From the NCBI GenBank assembly GCA_028534125.1, contig CM052816.1, positions 28,212,001-28,276,000 of the forward strand: DNA of 64,000 nucleotides. Reading direction: 5' to 3'. Below the pieces are notes generated by a model that saw only the letters and a list, made by a program, of their open reading frames with translations, was not told where the DNA came from and searched no databases. Positions 1 through 13,414 of this stretch are shown piece after piece. Source of the stretch: Lama glama. Taxonomy: Eukaryota. Numbering within the stretch: the first letter of the stretch is position 1; every line of letters begins with the position of its first letter. The position numbers were made by a program, and so were the translations under genes.

Positions 1-3000
1 TTCCCTCTTCCCCAAACCCCCATCTCTGATAACAAGCCTGATCTCTTTTTCTATGAATTATTTGTTTGTTTATTTGTTTATTCTGAAGTATAACTGACCT
101 ACAAAACTAAGTTAATTCCTGGTACACAATATATTAATTTGATATTTCTACACAATACAAAATAAACACCGTAAGTCTAGTTATGACCTGTCACCATACA
201 AAGATATTACATAATTACTGACTGTATTCCCCATTCTGTACATTTCCTACCCATGACTCATTAGTTTAGTAACCAAAAGTTTGTACCTCTTAATCAGCTT
301 CCCCCTACACCTTGCCTCTCTGGCAACTACATGTTTATTGTATCTATGATTCTGTTTCTGTTTACTTGTGTTTATTCATTTGTTTCTGTGTTCTAGATTC
401 TACATATAAGTGAAATCATGTAGTCTGACTTATTTCCCTTAGCATAAAATGTCAGTCCATCCATGTTGCTGCAAATGGCAAGATTTCATTCTTTCACTGG
501 CCAAGTAATACTCCAGTGTGTGTGTGTGTGTGTGTGTGTGTACAGATAGATAGATATGTATGTCTTCTTTATGTCTGTCTGTTGATGGGTACCTGGGTTG
601 CTTCTATATTTTGGCTAATGTAAATAAATAATGATGGTATGAACACCAGGGTGTGTGTATCTTTTTGAACTCGAGTTTTTATTTTATTTGGACATATACA
701 CAGGAGTGGAGTAGGTGGATCATATGGTACTTTTATTTTTAGTTTTTTGAGGAACTGCCATATGGTTTTCTATATTGGTTACTTCAATTTATATTACCAT
801 CCACAGTGTATGAAGGTTAGCTCTTCTCCATATTCACTCCAACATTTGATGTTTTTGGTCTTTTTGATGATAGCCGTTTTGATAGGAGGGAAGTGAAATC
901 TCATTATGGTTTTGATTTGCATTTCTCTAATGATTACCAATACTGAGGATCTTTTCATGTTTCCATTGGCCATCTCTATGTCTTCTTTGGGAAAATGTCT
1001 ATTCAAGTCTTCTGCCCATTTTTAATCAGGTTGTTTGTGAATTTTTTTTTTGATATTGAATTGTATGAGCTGTTTATGTATTTTGAATATTAACTTATTA
1101 TTGGTCATATCATTTGCAAATAATTTTCATTCAGCAGATTGCCTTTTTTTGTCAATGGTTTCCCTTCCTATACAAAAGCTTTTAAATTTTTAGATTCAAT
1201 TTGTTTATTTTTGCCTTTCTTTCTTTTGCCTTAGGAGACATATTCAAAAAAAGATGCCTAAGGTTTATGTCAAAGAGTGTTCTGCAACATTCTCTGCTAG
1301 GAGTTTTACAGTTTCCAGTCTTATATTTAGAACTTTAATCCATTTTGAGTTTATTTTTGTATACGGAATGAGAAAGTGTTCTAATTTCATTCTTTCACAT
1401 TAGCTGTCCAGTTTTCCAAGCACCATTTATTGAAAAGATAAATGTGCCTTTTCTCCACTGTGTATTTTTGCCTCCTTTGTTGTACATTGATCGACCATAA
1501 ATATGTGGGTTTATTTCTGATCTCTCTATTCTGTTCCATTGATCTGTGGGTCTGTTTTTGTACCAATACCATGCTGCTTTGTTACTGTAGCTTTGTAGTA
1601 TAGCCTGAAGTCAAGGATACTGATACCTCTTGCCTTATGCTGTTTTCTTCAGATTGACTTGGCTATTCAGGATCTTCTGTGTTTCCATAAAAATTTTATA
1701 AATATTTGTTCTAGTTCTGTTAAAAATGCCATTGATGTTTTGATCCGGATTGCACTGAATCTCTAACTGGTCAAGGACAGCATTATGATTTTATTTTATC
1801 ACAATATTAATTCTTCCAATCCATGAACCTTGAGTATCCTTCCATATTTGCGTTGTCTTCAGTTTCTTTCATCAGTGTCTTACAGTTTTTGAAGTACAGG
1901 TCTTTCACCTCCTTAGACTTATTCCTAGGTGTTTTGTTCCTTATGATGTAATTGTAAATGAAATTGTTATCTTAATTTCTCTTGCTGATGTTGTATTGTT
2001 AGTATATAGAAACATGACAGCTTTCTATATATTAACTTTGTATACTGTAATTTTACTGAATTTATTGATGAGTTTTCTTTTTTTTTGGGTTGTGTACTGA
2101 GGAGTCTTTATATATAGTATATGTTACCTGCAAACACTGACACTTTTACTTCTCTTTTCTAATTTGGATTTCACTGATTTATTTTGCTAGTCTGATTCCT
2201 GTGGCTAGGATTTACAAAACTCTGTTGATTGAATAAAAGCATGGGCATCTTTGTCTTCCTCCTGATCTCAGAGGAAATGCTTTCAGCTTTTCATTTTTGA
2301 GTATGATATTAGCTATTGGTTTGTTGTATATGGTCTTTATTATATTGAGGTATATTCTCTCTATACTGACTTTGTTGAGGTTTTTATTGTAAATAGATGT
2401 TGAATTCTGTCAAAAACTTTTTGTGCAGTTATTGAGATGATATTAGTTTTATTCTTCAGTTTGTTAATGTGGTGTATCCCACGGATTGATTTGTGAATAT
2501 GGAACTATCCCTGCTTTCCCAATATAAATCCCACTCACTGATCATGGTGTATTACTCTTTTAATGTATATTTGACTTCAGCTTGCTCATATTTTGTTGAA
2601 GGTTTTGCATCTGTGTACATCAGTGATATTGGCCTGGTCCTTTCTTTTTGATATCTTTGTTTTTGTATCGGGATGTTGCTGGCCTAGTAGAATGAGTTAT
2701 GAAGCATTTCTTCTGCTGCATTCTTCTGGAAAAGTTTGAGGACTAACTTCACTAAATGTTTGGTAGAATTCACCTGTGAAGCCATATGATCCTAAACTTC
2801 TGATAATTGGGATTTTTTTTTCTTAATCACTAATTGAGCATCATTACTGGTATTTGTTCTGTTCATATTCCTGGTGAAGTCTTGGGATATTGTACATTTC
2901 TAGGAATTTGTCCATTTCTTCTAGATTGTCTATTTTATAGGCATGTAATTGTTCTTAATATACTGGCATTTAATTGTAATTTCTTATAATCCTCTGTACT

Positions 3001-3662
3001 TCTGTAGTGGCAGTTGTAATTTTTCCTTTTTCATTTCCTATTTTATTGATTTGCACCTTCTCTTTTCTTCTTGATAAGTTGGGCTAAAAGTTTAACAGTT
3101 TTGTTTTTCTTTTCAAAGAACCAGCTCTTAGTTCTATTGATCTTTCCTACTGCATTTTTAGTCTTCATTTCATTTATTTCTGCTCTGAATTTTATGATTT
3201 TTCCCTTCTACCAACTTTTTTCTTGTTTTCACTTTACATTTTTTAGTTCCTTTAAGTGTAAGGTTAAGTATTGAGATTTTTCTCATTTTTTTATGTGGGC
3301 TGCTATCACTATAAACTTCCCCTTTGAAAGTTTTTGATGCTTTCCAAAGATTTTGGATTACTGTGCTTTCATTTTCATTTATTGCCAAGTATTTTTTTAT
3401 TTACTATTTGATTTTTTCAGTGACCCATTTGTTGTTTAGTAGCATATTGTTTAACGTCTGCATATTTTGTGGGTTTTGCAGTTTTTTTCTTGTTGATTTC
3501 TAGTGTCATAGACTTGTGGTTGGGAAAGGTATTTGTTTTGATGTTAATCTTATCAAATTGATTGAGACTTGTTTTGTAGGCTGTCCTATTATCTATCCTG
3601 GAGAATATTCCATGTGCACTTGAAAATAATATGTATTCTGCTGCTTTTGGATGGAACGTTAT
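1..3662 (-). mobile_element. 5'-truncated, degraded LINE-1 (ORF2 from the endonuclease region to the C-terminus, plus 3' UTR)
   Basis: ORF2 peptides in the track ([43 protein letters not shown]) and an L1 3' UTR at about 1-560. Confidence 0.95.
516..552. repeat. (TG)n plus (GATA)n microsatellite
   Basis: Read directly from the sequence. Confidence 0.95.
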
Positions 3663-3814
3663 ACTCCTGTGATTCTTCCAAAGAGACTTAGTCAAATTCA
3701 AAAAACAGAAAAAGAATTTTTAGATGGAAGTGTTCACAATAAGAGTTCACTAATCAATCACAGAGTGTAAGTTTTTCCCCTAAAACAACAATTTTAGATT
3801 GCTAGTCTATTTAC

Positions 3815-5993
3815 CTCGTTCTTGCTTCCCATGACGAATGATGGGGCAGCTATACCTGGTGTTTTCTATTTCTAAAAACACCGATTCTTCATTGGCAGCT
3901 CATTTTGCTGAAAAATTGGAGTTTTGATTTTAGGAGACTGTTGTTTTCTCTAATTTCTTCTAGGGCTCTTAATCCTGATAAAGAATGTAAAAGCACTGGT
4001 TCAAACTTCCTGGTTTCTGTATTTGACTTGTTTTTGTCATCTCTTATATCTTAATAGGCTTCAATAATAACTTTTTTGAGCAACAGTTTTTGGGTTTTTT
4101 TTTTTTGTTGTTGTTGTTGTTTCTTAACTAAAAATGGCAACTACTTTCTTTCTTCAAAATGAAGAATGACTTTCCCACTGAAGGGTATCACCACTTTTTC
4201 TGTCATGAGACATGAAAGACTATTTGCAAAACCTTTCATCTTCATGTAATTTTTCCCCATTACTCTCACCACCAAGAATGATACTAGAACATTTCTTTTG
4301 CAGGGGGTCACTTAATGTTTCCACTTGGGGGTTAGCATGTATCTTCTAGGGTTCAGGGGGAACTACAAACTATTTTTCAGAAGGCTTTGACAAAGAATTT
4401 GGAATATCCACTACTTTGGGTCCATGTTCTAATCTTGGCTAAACTTTCTTTTGGATTATTCATTGGTTTCTTTGCCAATATTTTGTCTTCTTTCCCTTTT
4501 TGCTCACTGATAACAGTTACTTCATGCTGTATCTTACTGACATCATCACTTGAACACAAAATGCCTTTGGAATGATTATCTTTTGAAACATTCTTTAATG
4601 ATTTAACCTCAGCAATATTTTCTCTTGTATGTTTTGGACCTTTGACAGCAACTTTTAACATCCTTTTCTTCTTTTTTTATTGAAGTACAGTCAATTACAA
4701 TGTGTCAGTTTCTAGTGTAGAGCACACTGTCCCAGTCATGCATATACATAAATTGTTTTCCTATTCTTTTTCATTAAAGGTCATTACAAGGTACTGAATA
4801 TAGTTCCCTGTGCTATAGAGAAGAAATTTTTTATTAATATATTTTTATATATTGTGGCAGACATTTGTATATCTCAAATTAGCAAATTCACCCCTTCCCA
4901 CCCCTTGTCCTCGCTGACCATAAGGTTGTTTACTATGTCTGCGAGTCTGTTTCTGTTTTGTAGATGAATTCATAGTGTCCTTTTTTTTTCTCTTTTTTTT
5001 TTTAGATTCCACATATCATTGATATAATATGGTATTTTTCTTTCTCTTTTCTGACTTACTTCACTTAGAATGAAGATCTCTAGGTCCATCCACGTTGCTA
5101 CAAATGGCATTATTTTACTCTTTTTTATGGCTGAGTAGTATTCCATTGTATAAATACACTACAACTTCTTTAACAAGTCATCTGTCAGTAGACATTTAGG
5201 ATGCTTCCATGTCTTGGCTATTGTAAATAGTGCTGCTATGAACGCTGAGATGCATGTATCTTTTCAAATTAGAGTTCCCTCCAAATATATACCCAGGCAA
5301 ACCATTCTCTGACAGAAATCTTAGCAATGTTCTCCTAGGGCAGTCTATGCAGGCAATAGAAATAAGAGCAAAAACAAACAAATGGGACCTAATTAGAAGT
5401 TTCTGCACAGCAAAGGAAACCATAAGCAGAACAAAAATGACAATCTACAGAATAGGAGAAAATATTTGCAAATGATGCAACTGATAAAGGCTTAATTTCC
5501 AGAATATATACACAATACAAACAACTTAATAAGAAAAATAAATAAATAAATAACCCAATCCAAAAATGTGCAGAAGACTTAAACAAACAACTCTCCAATG
5601 AAGACATACAAATGGCCAATAGGTATATGAAAAAATGCTCAGTATCACTAATTATCAGAGAAATGCAAATCAAAACTACAATGAGGTATCATCTCACACC
5701 AGTCAGAATGCCACTATTAAAAAGCCACAAATGATAAATGCTGGAGAGGGTGTGGACAAAAGGGGATGCTTCTACACTGTTGGTGGGTATGTAATTTGGT
5801 GCAGCCATTATGGAAAATAGTAGAGATTCCTCAAAAGAATAAAAACAGACTTACCATATGATCCAGCAATCTCACTTCTGGGTATATATCCAGAGGGAAT
5901 ATATGTTTTATTTTTGACAGAATCCATTGTATCCTGGTGAAGACAAAGTAGAATTTTGGTTTTCCAATTCATAGATTTTTAGATAGATAATGC
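3815..5993 (-). pseudogene. Large exon (~0.95 kb without the insertion) split by an L1: HYLSKNL*IGKPKFYFVFTRIQWILSKIK / [22 protein letters not shown]...FEPVLLHSLSGLRALEEIRENNSLLKSKLQFFSKMSCQ*RIGVFRNRKHQV*LPHHSSWEART
   Basis: Acceptor ttttatcttgaag (exon starts 5993), donor GAG|gtaaat (exon ends 3815). After removing the L1 the frame plausibly joins track ORF 4377..4661. Frameshift near 4440, microsatellite expansion near 4095-4123, several stops. Confidence 0.7.
4663..5898 (-). mobile_element. 5'-inverted (twin-primed) LINE-1: 4663-5297 minus (ORF2 end, 3' UTR, poly-A), 5298-5898 plus (inverted upstream ORF2 segment)
   Basis: T-rich tail near 4663-4680 and a strand switch near 5297. Both segments meet at the same L1 position (ctgggtatatat..gagggaa). 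Confidence 0.9.
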
Positions 5994-6449
5994 CTTCAAG
6001 ATAAAATTCCACTCTTTTTATTTAAAGATGAACAAAGTAAATTACTTTCAGGGTCTAAGAGATGATTATTGCTAGAGTAGAAAGAGATTCCAAATCTCTT
6101 AATTTCCAATGCTTTTCCCACTGCATCTTGCTACTTATTAAATATTTATTTGTATTAAGACAAGTTATTCATGGAATTAATCATTTAACTAAAAAAAAGG
6201 AAAGTATTTCTTACTTTTTTGCTTTTCTTCTACTACAATTTCTTAATTTTTCTAAAATTTCTAATATGCCTAAAGTTTCCAGCCAAAACTCTCTACTTTC
6301 GTCTCCTTGCAAACACTTTTGAAAATTCTCATTTACTTCATTACTTCAGCTGTCGTCTGTCACCTCCCACGTTCATGCAAAGGAGCCTCAAATTTACATC
6401 TTCAGTACTCATAGCTCTAGTTCCTCTTTAAACTTTAAGTGAGCAGAGA

Positions 6450-7112
6450 TGTCAATGTGCAAAATAAAATATATAAACTCTCAAAGAAAATGTAAATCTG
6501 GACATTAGTATAAAAAACTTCATTAAGGGGAACTACTGCAGTAGAGAGAATGCCCGACCATTCAACTTACATGTTTCTTAGAAGTCAGATAGAAAGGGAT
6601 TTTTTTAAGGGAGGAATAATCAAGACTAGCAGGAACTAGGTGTAAGAAAATAGGGTGAGTAGGTGGCAAAATCAGACACTTGAGCAGGAAATGTTTTTCT
6701 TTGTAGTCCCAATTCTAGGGAGGGGTAAAAGGAAGACGTGTTTCATGCTTAGGTGCTTGTATAACCTCAAGGGCAAGTCACAGTTCAGAAGAAAGAAGAA
6801 ATGCCTAAGTAAATTCTGGTTAAGTCACATTAGTGAGCATTTTGTTCAGATGGGTCAGTGAGAACAAACAGTATACTTAATTGTTTATCATATAAAAAAT
6901 TTAGATTCTCTGAATAAATTTTAGATCTTTTAGAGGAATTTTAGAGAAGATTTAGAGCACTGGCATCTGGCATTGTCATAGGTGATGAAGGGGATCATCA
7001 CAAGAGGTATATCTAAGTCATATGGAGAAGGGTGTTTTCTGGAACACAAAAAGGTAGGGAATTCTTAATTATTACTATTTTCCAGGAGCACAGGGGTCAC
7101 ATAAAGTTCAAC
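6450..7112 (-). mobile_element. Solo LTR, ERV1 MER34-like
   Basis: Minus strand begins tgttgaactttatgtgacccctgtgctcctggaaaa and ends ...gaca; resembles MER34-type LTRs from memory. Confidence 0.6.
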
Positions 7113-8380
7113 ATTGCCAAAACAAATACAGACTTTTATTTTGCCTCACCTACTATTATTTGACCTCATTAAAATATTTCATCTTTCCAGCTTCTCCATT
7201 CTCATCAGTAATGTTATTAAATGCTCCACAACTCTGACCAGCACTCACTCAGATAATCTCTGAAGTGACTGCCATTGATCAACAAGCACTCCAAACTGGT
7301 GCATGTAAGGTACCATATATGCTTGGGATGAATTATTGGCATTTCCTCTCTCTCCACCCTCTTCTTATCAATCCCTGTTACTTCTATAAATAACACTTAA
7401 TCTTGGAAAAGTGGTATAAAATCTTCAGGAGAAGACTCAGTCCCATATACTTTCCTATAGTCTGATATCTCACTCAAGCATTTCATACTGTTTTGTAATT
7501 GTTTTTTTCTAGCCCAACGTTTTTACTTTCCTAAAACCCCTCTCACTGTGCCTTCTCAAACACTCTATTACCACCAACTCTCTATGCATCTTCAGCCTCT
7601 TCTCAGTGTGTCCCCTGTTCATCCCCTTGATGACACTGCTTCCCCATGGTCTCCCATGTAGTTGCTTTTTCTCTCCTACCCAAAGCCCCTTTAGCTTGAA
7701 CTTTCACCAGTTTCCCTGGTGACTCACAGGCTTTTAAAATACCATGCCCCACACATCTTCTCTATTTTCATGACTGTTTTGCCTTCCCTGGAATGTTGCA
7801 AATTTATAACTCTACAGACTCTCATCTGACAAGAGACTACCTGCTTCCTTCCCCACCCTATTGATGAGGGAGCATTTAAATTTAATCCATACTTTGTTAA
7901 TCTATTATGTCCACTACTTTAGGGGAGAAAATACCTACTTCTCATTCTAATGCTACAACTAGCTGATTCATAATCAGACTAGCACATGGCTTACTGGGAA
8001 TCTGTGTTTTCCTGTGAACTGGAGTTAGACAGCTAGGTGTTACTAATAAGTATCAGCCAGACCATATGCTGGATGTGTCGAATTCTCTCTCCTTTAAAGT
8101 GTAAATATCCCATACTGGGGTTCTTCCTACACACTGGTGACAGAGTGTGAGATGGTGCCCTGTTCCTTTAATTCAGAGTAAATCTCTTAACATAAAGCTT
8201 CTGTCCAAGAAAAGCATCCCAGTTATTCAAGTCGCTCTCTTATCCTCTTCCTACAGCAACAAGTTCAAACAGAAACATAAAGAACAAAAATTCATCAACA
8301 GTAACTCACCGGTGAGTTTGGGAACTTCACTTGGACCTCTTAATGGTTCCACACTTGTGTGTCCCTATTCCTCTCCCCTT

Positions 8381-8580
8381 CAGTGATTATTATTCTTGGT
8401 TGCACATTATAATACCTGGGGAGATGTAAAAATACCGATGGTCATGTCCCACCTTACCCCACTATCCATGCCTTCACCTCCACCAACATTTTTATTTAAT
8501 TGGTCTGGAACATGACCTGGACATTGGAATTTTAAAAGGCTTACCAGATGATTCTAGTGGGTGTTCAGGATGACTAGCAC
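8381..8580. mobile_element. MER5A-like hAT-Charlie MITE
   Basis: ggttgcacattataatacctgggga...ttaattggtctgg...ggaattttaaaaggcttaccagatgattcta. Confidence 0.75.
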
Positions 8581-8652
8581 CTCAAGAGTTTTTCTTCCAA
8601 CCTGCATCTAACCCCTCTTGCGAGATCAGATGTGGGTTCTTTCTCAGAGGTT

Positions 8653-8823
8653 AGGACCAGCTATGTAAATTGTGGCACACAGCGCAAAATGATAATACAG
8701 AGCCCCTTGTTCAAAAATTGTTAAGAATTTCAAGACTGTGGCAACAGAGTATTAAATCAAGTATGGTGCTCTTCTAAGCATGTATCCTTGTGCACAGGTA
8801 TCATGCCCAATAAGCTAGCCCTG
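8653..8823 (-). mobile_element. MER45A-like hAT-Tip100 MITE
   Basis: Minus strand cagggctagctt...cttgaaattcttaacaatttttgaacaagggg...atagctggtcct. Confidence 0.75.
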
Positions 8824-9675
8824 CCTGAAATCCAGTGGTAATAGTTAAGAGGTTTTCATCTTGTGGGTTTCTTTTTTCATCCATATTTTTCTGTTTCCCT
8901 ATTGAGTCTCTTTGATCCACTCACATATTCTTAAGATTACATTATTCTGCTCCCACACCCTCTCCCTGCTTTGGTGGGTAAAGGTGGCACAAGGAGCAAC
9001 TTGAGTCATGGTAGAATTTTCTCTCTATTTCTGTGGCCATCCCTTTTTGTAGTGGCACTGTCCTCTTCCTTATTTGGTTATTGCTAGGAAATTTTAGTGA
9101 TTATTTTTTAAAAGTATAGCTTTTCCACAACACTTTTACTCAGAAGATATTTTGCAATTTTGAAATTTTGATTTTATCTGATTTAATGTAGCCAGTTATA
9201 TTTAAGCAATGAAATCATACATTTTCAAATGAAAATTAACCGGGACAAAGAGAATGAGAAAATGATCCTAAAGCCATTCTTGTACAAGCAATGGGTATTC
9301 TTAAAACAAATGTCCCATCTTGGGCTGAAGAAAAATGAAGCATAATGTAACTAGTAGATACTTAACACATACATATAATTGTGCATGACTCTCTGGACTA
9401 GCTTTCTTCCTGCCACTCCTGCCCATTTCAATTATAGCTCCTTCTCCCTCCAGCACTTTCAACAACAAGGGACCATAGAAGATTCACGTCTGCAAAGAGA
9501 TTTAAGGATTATAGAAACACCGTCCATAATAATCATCACATCCTTCGAGATGAAAGTTTTTTTGATTCTTGGGCCAGGATTGCAACTGAATGTCAGGACC
9601 TAGCATTCCCTCTCCTTCAGAAAGATGGAGCTGTCAGCACCTCTGACAGGACCCTGCATCTAATACTCAGCTGAC

Positions 9676-9883
9676 CTTGTGGCTTGCAGTCGATTTACAA
9701 TATACACTGGGGAAGGAGCCAACATCACTAAGACGTAGTGCTGTGTCAAATAAAGTGGGAGAAATGCTTCTCCAAATCTCAGGAAGACGTTAATCCTTGC
9801 TAGACTGGAGCTGAAGTGTATATGACAAGCAGATGTAAAATCTCCACTGGGAATTCAGATGCTAAAGGCTCAACAAGAACACA
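9676..9883 (-). pseudogene. 208-nt exon, phase 1->2: CSC*AFSI*IPSGDFTSACHIHFSSSLARINVFLRFGEAFLPLYLTQHYVLVMLAPSPVYIVNRLQAT
   Basis: Strong acceptor ttattttcctttttcag, donor AAG|gtcagc, two TGA stops. Confidence 0.7.
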
Positions 9884-10793
9884 CTGAAAAAGGAAAATAA
9901 AGGCCCACTAACGTAAGATATGCTGTAGTGAACTAACAGGTTAATGTGCTTTTGTGGATCTAGGGCAATCCCCTTGCTGATACGATTTGCTTAAATTCTG
10001 CTTTCCTCTTTTTAAGCATGTTCTCTGAATTCTTCAATGTTAAGCTCAAGTATAATGCCTAAATAAAGTTCTCCCCAATGACATCCAACACTACTCTTCC
10101 CTTTTCTCAATTTTTCTCCCTATTCTTGATCCTACAATTTAATATATATGTAAACATATACTTATCACTGTATTCTATTCTATTGATAAAACACTCATTT
10201 TGTATGTTAGAAAATCAATACAAAATGTATATGAATGGCTTAATATACATACATTTTGTCACACCAGCTAGAATACCTAATTCCAAGAGCAGAACCACTA
10301 TATAAACCCTATTTAATCATTTTGTCCCTAATTATGCTGAATACAATGCTGTGAACATATCACCCAACATTCAGTAAAACTGGGTATTGTTGGATACATT
10401 GAAAGCAGACTAATTTATCAATTCTGAATGAAGAATTATTTTAGGTAAGTATAATCCTTGTGAATTTGGAATAAACTTAGTAAAGCTAACATTTTTAAAC
10501 CGGATTTGAAGGTTCAACTATAAAAAGGGTGGAAAGTAGAGGAAAAGAACGAGTAAGAAATTAGAAACAGAAAAGCGTGGCACTGAGGTAAATGAAAACA
10601 TCTTCATCTTATATATCAATACTGTGTGATCCAAATCTCAGAGGCTATTTTTTCTACTACAGTGGTAGACATATGTTTTAACGTCTGTCCAAACATAGTT
10701 CCACAGAACAAAGTTTTTTGTAAAAAATGAATGCAGATCTTGGGGTAGGAATTTAATATGAACCAACAAACTGTACAGTAAAAATAACTTTAC

Positions 10794-10873
10794 CAAATAC
10801 CATGAATCCCTCTGCGGTGAAAGTGTATTCCCCAGGATAAAAGTCAAAACCAGGTGATAATCCACTTCTGTTC
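10794..10873 (-). pseudogene. 80-nt exon, phase 2->1, open: NRSGLSPGFDFYPGEYTFTAEGFMVF
   Basis: Weak acceptor gctaaaattag, donor TTG|gtaaag. Phase is compatible on both sides. Confidence 0.65.
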
Positions 10874-12986
10874 CTAATTTTAGCACAATGACAAATTTAG
10901 TCATCTTAGCTCTAGCTTTTATCAATTTTGGACAAAAAAAAAAACACCATGTATAAATTCTACATTTTTTTCTATAATAATTTCTGTATTTTTTTGAATC
11001 AGTTCTGCCACTCAGAGTTTAAAAGAGAAAATGAATCTTCCCAGTTAACTTATATAGTTTATCCAAGCTATATAAGTCTTCTTTTCCTTAATTTATTCCG
11101 AGGGCTCTGGCTTCCCATTAGCCCCAGAAGCAAGAGTACATTAACTATTACTTCTCCTTGTGTCATTCTCATCTTTTCTGTACCTCTAACTTTAATTCTC
11201 AAGCACAGCCCAACAAAACCAGTTCTCCTCCTTCATCTATCCTACATTCAAGAAAAAGTCTTACTATTACTTGCTCTGCTTTATTCAACAACGATGGTTT
11301 ATTTATAATTCAGGTTAACCTCTGGAATGTTATCCTGATTAATTCCTTCAGTTTTTATCAATCTTGGTGGGTTTTCATAGCAGTATTGTGTTTTAGCTGA
11401 CCCAATACTTCTATAAGGCAGACACGGACTACTAACAACAAAGGAGCCAGAGCTATGCAAGGAATGGGAGAGTAATAAATGAAGGACATGGCATTGGCAA
11501 TTAAACAAAATCAGAATCTGTGGCTGTACAATTGAATCAAAGTAGGTCAAGGATTCTGGCATATAAACCAAAGGAAATCACAGATCCTCTTAGCTACTGA
11601 CCTACTTGCGGTACACAGTCTTATAGATGACTACCTATGACTAAACTCAGAATACTTCTATATTCTCAAATTTAGTATCCCTAGTGTCTTAAACGAAGCA
11701 AAACATAGTAAATCCTAAGTACGGCTATGATCCTTTCATTCACTCCTGTAGCTACTATAAATTCTTTGGTTTGTTTTGTTTGAATGATTTTCTATTACCT
11801 GACTCATCTGTTATTTTATTATTATATTTAAATAGATTCTTGGGAGCTGTGAATGTATTTCAAGAACACAATATACATTTATATACTTCAGAAACTGTAA
11901 ATGAAAACTGACTATCTAGTCTATGCCTAGAAAGCAAAAAAAGAAAAGAAAAACTAAAATGCTTAATCAGTTCATTGATCATTTTGGCTTTACAACAATA
12001 AAAAATAATTGTCAATAATATCTTCCACTCAATGAAATGAACATTTTCAACAAATTGACTGATTACTTTGGTAGTGTGGTGGGAAACTGAATTTAAAATT
12101 GTCTTAAAATGATATCAGAGAAAAATCATTTCTGAATTTAATTCCTTTAAAACATGATGTTAAAAAAAGAAATAACATGTTATCAGGGATTTATTAGGAA
12201 ATGGAGTGCATTGACAATTTTAACAAATGCAAGAAAAGCATCCTTAACAATGTCTTTTTATGAGAAAGTTAACAAGGTATTTAAAAAGCACAGAAAACAA
12301 CAAAAATATAAATGGGAATAATCAGTATTCTTGTAATTCATAAACTTCAAGGTGTATAGATCAAAGTATTTTACACACAAATATAAAATCAGAATAAAGA
12401 ATAAAGTAAGGAATTAATTTTGAACATTCCCAGTGGGAAAAAATATAATTACTTGGCTTCTGAATTTTCATAATCACTTCTTTAGGCTAAAATATGAAAT
12501 GGATGTAAGTGAAACAATTTCTTAGGTAGTGATAAAGTTAACTCTGGATATTAGAAAAACTCATGAAAACATTATTAAATGTATTCAAAATACCTTTTAG
12601 AATAATATAAATTAATAAAGCAAGACATTCTAAAATTTAATACTTAGTCTACAACTATCTTAAATTAAAAAGATATTCTTTTTAAAAATGTCAACTAAAA
12701 ATACCAGTATAATGCAAATTTAAAGACATTTACCAAAAATTAATTTTTATTAGGATTCTAATCACTTTAGGTACTAAATTGTAGCCAGTTGGATTCCTGA
12801 CCTTTTAAACTGAGTTCATAGTATAAATCTTAAGCTAAAAAGACTTAAACTCAGAATACATGTATGTGATGCACACCATTTTGTGAATCAACAAGAACTT
12901 TTACTTAAGGAAAAAAAATGACTTCAATAACTCATTCCAAAGAGATTGCTTCATTACAGCAATAGAAAGTGACTTTCAGAAAATAC

Positions 12987-13087
12987 TTGCTGCATCTGTT
13001 TTGATTTAAAATGTTCCTCTGACATTTACTTGTTTTCTCCACTGAGTTTTCCTTAAGGCTACCTATATAATAATGTGTTCCCTTATA
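12987..13087 (-). pseudogene. 101-nt exon, phase 0->2, open: YKGTHYYIGSLKENSVEKTSKCQRNILNQNRCS
   Basis: Acceptor ttttttttcccctcctctggtaaaccag, donor CAA|gtattt. Confidence 0.65.
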
Positions 13088-13414
13088 CTGGTTTACCAGA
13101 GGAGGGGAAAAAAAAAAAGGTACGAATTCACAATGTTTTATGACAAAAGAGCCAAGACTCTGAAACACTACCCCAGGGAGACATAAGCCTTTTTGTTTTT
13201 GTGGTACAATGGAAGTATGTGCTGTTTTCCTTCATACAGAGCAATGAACCCACAGTCCTTACTTTCTTTCTTTAATATATTTCAACTGATTTCCAAAAAA
13301 CCTTCTACCAGTTAATGAAACAAACAAAATAGCTCCACATTCGTCCTAAATTCATCATTCCATTCTCTTTTTGTTGGGATTGCCTGTTATTTAATTTAGA
13401 ATGCTACTTTAAAA

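Noticed and set aside
3670..4661. Processed pseudogene or L1-mRNA chimera
   Set aside because: The coding-like text is bounded by splice sites, continues on the far side of the L1, and is in phase with upstream exons. It has no poly(A) of its own.
10928..11308. 126-aa plus-strand ORF
   Set aside because: Non-ATG start, AT-rich composition, and no recognisable domain or exon structure.
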